64,000 nt of DNA from Eledone cirrhosa (taxonomy: Eukaryota). The notes under the pieces were generated by a model. That model was not told where the DNA came from. It did not search any database and was given only the letters and a program-made list of their open reading frames with translations. Positions 58,052 through 64,000 of the stretch are shown one piece after another. Within the stretch, counting starts at the first letter, position 1. Each line of letters begins with the position of its first letter. Both the position numbers and the translations under genes were made by a program. Location of the stretch: contig OZ024759.1 of NCBI GenBank assembly GCA_964016885.1, positions 15,810,001 through 15,874,000 on the forward strand. The letters are read 5' to 3'.

Positions 58052-58615
58052 GGAATTTCAAGTAATGTACATTTTTTTTTTGTCCTGTATAATGTTTTTT
58101 TAATGTATAAAGAAGATCAACTGTCGCAGGAATGCTACCACTTAAATTAAAATTTCGCCAGAGATAGATTAACAACATTTAATAAACCGGGGTGGGGATG
58201 GAATAAAGGCGGGGCGGGTGGGGGAGGATTATTCGACATCCGGGAATAATTGATCTTTGCAACTGTATATCAACCATATTTCTGGTGTTTGAAACTTTTG
58301 ACATCTGAAAAGCTTTAGGCATTGTCAAATTCTCCTGATTCCTTGTTCTATTTTACTTGGCTATAAATTTACTCCATTTATTATGAATATTCATTCATCT
58401 TTCTCCTGTAAATAGTACTTATTAAAATATTCTTCCTCATGGGTCTTGGTTTCGAACGTATGGAACTGTCATCCAATATGTAAATATAAATAGTCGGAAA
58501 TAGGTTTGAAATAATTGCTTAAAGTACTACCATAAGTTTGATAAAATTAGATTTTTGTTGAGTCGATGTATTTGTGTGTTATCGTAGAAAAGGGAGAATA
58601 ATTACAATGAATTGA

Positions 58616-58648
<33 letters not shown>

Positions 58649-58655
58649 ATACATG

Positions 58656-58710
<55 letters not shown>

Positions 58711-59099
58711 CATACATGTATATATATATATATACATACATACACATATATATACATACACATATACATACACATATATATTCATACATACACACATACA
58801 CACATACATTCACATATACATACATACACATATACATACACACATACATACACATATACATACACACATACATACACATATACATACACATATATATATA
58901 TACATACACATATACATATATATATATATATACATACACATATACACATATACACATATATATATATACATACACATATACACATATATATACATACACA
59001 TATATATACATATAAATATATATACATATTTATGCACTAATATACATATATATATATATATATTATACAACCATGCGTTAGATATATATATATATATTA

Positions 59100-59452
59100 G
59101 AAAGTGAGGTTTTTTTTACAAAATGAAAAATAACCGAGGTGTCCTACACGAGTGGAAGTATAAAGAAAAAGGGATGAAATCGAAAATGCAACTGAAGTCT
59201 TATTTTTTTTTTAAATATATATATTTATTTGGTTCCTTTACCGGTTTCGCAGTTCTTCTGCTTTTCAAAAGGTGAGTTGAGATGGAGGGTCTGTGGTTTT
59301 TCTCACATCTGAGAAAAACCACAGACCCTCCATCTCAACTCACCTTTTGAAAAGCAGAAGAACTGCGAAACCGGTAAAGGAACCAAATAAATATATATAT
59401 TTTTTAAAAAAATAAGACTTCAGTTGCATTTTCGATTTCATCCCTTTTTCTT

Positions 59453-59456
<4 letters not shown>
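59100..59456. mobile_element. TA-flanked palindrome of about 300 bp with a left tail
   Basis: Arms 59159-59305/59310-59456 with a 4-nt centre. Confidence 0.9.
59343..59380 (+). ncRNA. Minimal hammerhead ribozyme, U3-A8 variant (mirror copy at 59235-59272 on minus)
   Basis: cctt-TTGAAAA-gcag-aagaa-ctgc-GAAA-CCGG-T-A-aagg. Confidence 0.82.
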
Positions 59457-59483
<27 letters not shown>

Positions 59484-60242
59484 CATAAGTATACGTTTTA
59501 TATATATATATATATTATACATAAGTATACGTTTTATGTATATATATATATATGTATTATAGATACGTATACGTTATATATATATGTATTATAGATATGT
59601 ATAGTTTATATATATATATGTGTGTGTGTGTGTGTACGTATAATATATATAGATTATTATATCACATATATATATATATGTGTGTGTGTGTGTGATATAT
59701 ATATCACATATATACGTATATATTGGATTTTAGTCTTCACAATTATTATATATATATATATATGCACAAATACATTTAGAAAATAATACATACATGTTTA
59801 CGAATATATACAAATATGCACATACTCACAGGAATACATATATAAATACATATACATATTACATATTCAGAGTTCTTCATGCTCTTCCAACGAATTAGCA
59901 AACGAAACAGTCAACTAGTTAAGCTAATGAATTCCTTAAGAATACTGCATACATTGTCTATTTATATACACATCATAGTTCATTGGACTGAATCACAACT
60001 ATCCATAGATCAAAAGATCTTATGCTGAAAATAATTTTTATTGAATTTCATAATCCCAAAACGCGCTCAACCAAACTTCTTTCAAAGTTAGCCTAGAATT
60101 TCGTTGCCTTCTAATCATACTGATCAAACGGTAGAATATATTTGACTTGGGCAGTTTTCTTGTAGAATCTAATCATAATATAGAAGGCATCTGAAGGCTG
60201 AGGCTGAAGAAAGATGGCGTTTCTTGCCAAAATGATGATAAT

Positions 60243-60424
60243 AATTGTTTCTACTTTAGGCACAAGGCCAGCAATTGCCCAGTGCATTACTGGTACTTTA
60301 TTTTATCGACCCCGTAAGGATGAAAGGCAAAGTTTACCTCGGCGGGATTTGAACTCAGATCGTAAAGGGACGTAACTATGGTGGAAAGCATGGCGTCCGA
60401 CCCTCTACTGATATTGCCAATCCA
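60243..60424 (-). mobile_element. SINE family C
   Basis: Homologous to 8127-8333. Confidence 0.82.
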
Positions 60425-60455
60425 AAGTATTAACGGAATGTAAATGGTACTTTTT

Positions 60456-60507
<52 letters not shown>

Positions 60508-60512
<5 letters not shown>

Positions 60513-60616
60513 GAAGGAGGTATGGTAAGGAACCATATGGACCATAACGCACCAGAGTACAGAAATAGCCGTCGAAACGGCTTGAGCTCTGCCGTCGGGT
60601 TTAAATTTTTTCCCAT
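60508..60616. mobile_element. Family A element: minus-strand tail joined to a plus-strand HHR 3' half
   Basis: ggtaaggaacc...gcaccagagta joined to cagaaatagccgtcgaaacggcttgagctctgccgtcggg. Confidence 0.75.
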
Positions 60617-60654
60617 ATACATATATATATCGTCATAGATTCTTATAGCCAGTC

Positions 60655-60696
<42 letters not shown>

Positions 60697-60882
60697 ATAG
60701 ATTCTTATAGCCAGTCAGATATATATATATATATATATTTATATTTATCGTTTATCCATTTATCGTTTTCGGTGCGCCCGGCCGACTAAACTCACTCGAT
60801 ATGCAAATTAGACTGCTCAGCCGTTAATATGCATAAGGAAAGTATGTACTTTCAGACGATCAACCATCTGGCAGGAAGGTAT

Positions 60883-60925
60883 ACGATGCTGACGATAGCT
60901 AATAAGCTTGAAACTAGTACATCGT
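60883..60925 (+). ncRNA. Canonical minimal type I hammerhead ribozyme in a TA-flanked cassette (60745-61050)
   Basis: acgatg-CTGACGA-t-agct-aata-agct-t-GAAA-CTAG-T-A-catcgt; helix I is extended by cagga/tcctg. Confidence 0.9.
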
Positions 60926-61307
60926 TCCTGTGTCAGTGTTGAACAAAAAGGTGACGTGGTTGCCTAAACACTGTACGGCGTAATTCGGGCTGTTTGTTTG
61001 TTTACAAACAAACCGAACATTATAATAAATGTTCGGTAAACCGATACGTGCATATATATATGTGTGCATGTTTGTATATATATACATACTACTGTACGTC
61101 TGTATACATATATGTATGTACGTATACATACATACTTATATATATATATATATCTATATGACTATAAGAATCTATAACGATATGTCAAAACATGATTAAA
61201 CCATGTATTGTATGTGCTAGTATGTGTGTATATATATACATATATCCATGTACATATATATATATATGTGTGTGTGTGTGTTTGTACGTATATACATATA
61301 TATATAT

Positions 61308-61843
61308 ATGATGGCTGCCCCCTCGTTATCGAGTATGGCCATTGCACTATATACCATTATTAATAATTATTAATTAATTCTATCGTGCAATGCCTGTGCG
61401 TGAAGATATTTTTTAAAGTGAGAAAAGACTGCACAGAGCCAATCCCACTCCCTGAGCGACAGTAGCTACAACCCGAAAAGAAGAAAAGATCAACATCATC
61501 GGTAACTACTGAGTCACAGGTTTTATATCGGAGTTATCCCAGTTTCCTGAGTTGCCTTCTCCTAGAAGAATGCCCTGACAAAGGCTAGGGGTCCTTCACT
61601 CCCAGTGGTTTAACCGCGTGGTACATGTGTATATACATATTTACACACTTTCGGATGGCCGTTGACTCTTATCAGTTCTTCCACCCTTTGTCGAGTTTTG
61701 CTTTTTGTCCTGCATGGTGTCCAAAATCACCCTCCTCACCAAGTAAACTTGGTGGGGTTGCCGGTTTAGTCGCCGACGACCCGACCATGCGACACGTTAT
61801 ACTGGGTTACATGTTACCAGGAGCACTCAAGAGTGACCCGACA
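61308..61843 (-). mobile_element. Bipartite RTE-related non-autonomous element (family D head plus RTE 3' end)
   Basis: The head is homologous to 33571-33815, and the last 35 nt are identical to the RTE end at 30572-30606. Confidence 0.8.
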
Positions 61844-62341
61844 TATACATATATATATACATGTGTGTATGTACATAAATATATGTGTATTATATATATA
61901 TATATATATATTGTTATACTTGGGGAGGGTCATATATTGTTATACTTGGGAGGCTATATATATATATAATTGTGTTATATGGTGTTTCTTAAATGGTAGC
62001 TAGGGGTGTGTAAATCTCTGCGTCAAGGTGTCATAACGTAACCATCTCACAATAGAAATACGTATTACGTTTAATTGAGCGAGAGGGAGAGATGGGTGAA
62101 GAATTGACCCCAGTACTTGACTGGTTGTTTTTGGTTATTGTTTTTTTATCAACCTCGAAAGGCTGATAAGCAAAATTGAATTCAGAATGTAGAGAACCGG
62201 ACCGAATACCCCAAATCATTCAATCAGGTGTTCTATCTGTCTTTTAAAATGTATTAATGTTTTCATATTTTAAATCATTTTTCCATGTCACATCGAAGCT
62301 GGATCTTTTTCGTTTTGCTATTCTAACTTTCTTCAGATATC

Positions 62342-62813
62342 TTTTTTATTATTCTTTTCTTCGCCCACTTATTCCTGAAATGGTTGTGGGGGCAGAATCT
62401 TCAAACCCTCCTTCCAGCGGGTCATGTCAGAAGCAACCGTCTCCAACTGATCCGGCTGGACGCCCGAGCGTAACCAGCCAAGCTCATGGATGTTATCCAA
62501 CTGATCCGGCTGGACGCCCGAGCGTAACCAGCCAAGCTCATGGATGTTATCCAACTGATCCGGCTGGACGCCCGAGCGTAACCAGCCAAGCTCATGGATG
62601 TTATCCAACTGATCCGGCTGGACGCCCGAGCGTAACCAGCCAAGCTCATGGATGTTATCCAACTGATCCGGCTGGACGCCCGAGCGTAACCAGCCAAGCT
62701 CATGGATGTTATCCAACCATCTTGCTCTGGGGTCATCCCTGGGTCTCCTACCTCCTGGTTTCACCCGTAAAATCTGTCCAACGATTCTTTCCTCAGACAT
62801 TCCAACCACTTAC
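62342..62813 (-). mobile_element. RTE-like LINE 3' fragment with an internal 54-bp x5 tandem expansion, flanked by direct repeats of about 80 bp
   Basis: MSEERIVGQIL...GRRPR..PRARWLDNI; repeat at 62442-62717; direct repeats at 62259-62340 and 62814-62895. Confidence 0.75.
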
Positions 62814-63350
62814 GTTTTCATATTTTAAATCATTTTTTCTTGTCACATCAAAACTGGATCTTTTTCGTTTTCCTATTCTGAATTTCTTCAGATATTCTGA
62901 ACAATTTTCTAATATTAATTAATCAATCAATCATTTAATTAATTGCTTTATTCAGTTATTGTTAATTATTAACCAATTAAACAATTAAATATAATTATAT
63001 TTAAATTCTGAATAAATTTAAATGCAATCAGCTCTTCCACATCGAAAAACTAACTAGAGAAAAAAATGTTAATCATAAATATAATCATTAATATTTAAAT
63101 TCATATTTCTGACATCTAACATCGTTCCAGAACATTCGATTTTTTAGGAGGGTGTATTTAAGTGTCAGATTTACTTTCTCTGCTAGATTATATGTTGTCG
63201 TCATTGTTTATATTTTGCTCTGTTCATTTACAGTTGGTTAAGTTTAAGCTTAATATGAGTATCGGATGAAACATTCATAGGCTGACTATGCAAGATTGAT
63301 GCTAGGGCTGTGAAATCTTGCATGCATTAATTTCAACTCTTAATAATAAC

Positions 63351-63790
63351 TGGTGGATTGGCAGTTTCGGTAGAGAGGGTCGGACGCCATGCTTTCCAGC
63401 ATAGTGTTACGTCCCGTTACGGACTGAGTTCAAATCCCGCCGAGGTTAACTTTGCCTTTCATCCTTACGAGGTCGATAAAATAAAGTACCAGTAACCCAA
63501 TAGGGTCGATTTAGTCGACTTTCCCTTCCCTCAAAATTGCTGGCCTTGTGCCTATACAAAAAAACATTATTATTATTATTATTATTAGTTTGATAAGGGC
63601 GGTGGATTGGCAGAATTTCTAGAGCGTCGGACACCGTGCTTTGTGGTATAGAGTTACGGTCCTTTACGGTCTGAGTTCAAATCCCGCCGAGGTTAACTTT
63701 GCCTTTCATCCTTACGGAGTCGATAAAATAAAGTACCAGTAATGCACTGGGGTAATTTGCTGGCCTTGCGCCAAAAGAAGAAACAATTAT
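63351..63790 (+). mobile_element. Two SINE C copies (63351-63560 and 63594-63790)
   Basis: ggtggattggcag...gagttcaaatcccgccgaggttaactttgcctttcatcc. Confidence 0.88.
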
Positions 63791-64000
63791 TAACTCATCA
63801 TCCTTAACTTCATCACCACCATCTCCCTCGCTACCATCCATATCATCGTCACTACTACCATCATCATCATCACTATCATCATCACCAACATCACCTTTAC
63901 CTTCGTCGCCCCCATCGTCACCTTCACTACCATCATCACCACTACCATCATCGCCACTACCATCACCAACACCACCATCACCACAACCATCACCAACACC

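Overview
Repeat-saturated animal non-coding DNA. The (TA)n/(TACA)n microsatellite load and the SINE types suggest a coleoid cephalopod such as Octopus; this is inference only. I found no intact host gene, and almost all ORFs in the track are microsatellite artefacts. Recognisable coding remnants are all non-LTR retrotransposons: a frameshifted CR1-type ORF2 (45.0-47.8 kb), RTE 3' ends, and RLE/R4-Dong-like fragments. Two tRNA-derived SINE families and an RTE-tailed non-autonomous element are also present. The main signal is a set of short (about 0.05-0.8 kb) non-coding cassettes from many sequence-unrelated families that sit inside (TA)n tracts. Many are head-to-head foldbacks, and many carry type I hammerhead ribozyme (HHR) folds with self-complementary helix III. 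They include a 5-copy 560-bp tandem array with one HHR per monomer, HHRs with a compensatory U3-A8 core, and a tRNA-headed foldback. They look like Penelope-like pseudo-LTR/retrozyme-type non-autonomous retroelements that target TA microsatellites. All folds were paired by eye, not computed.
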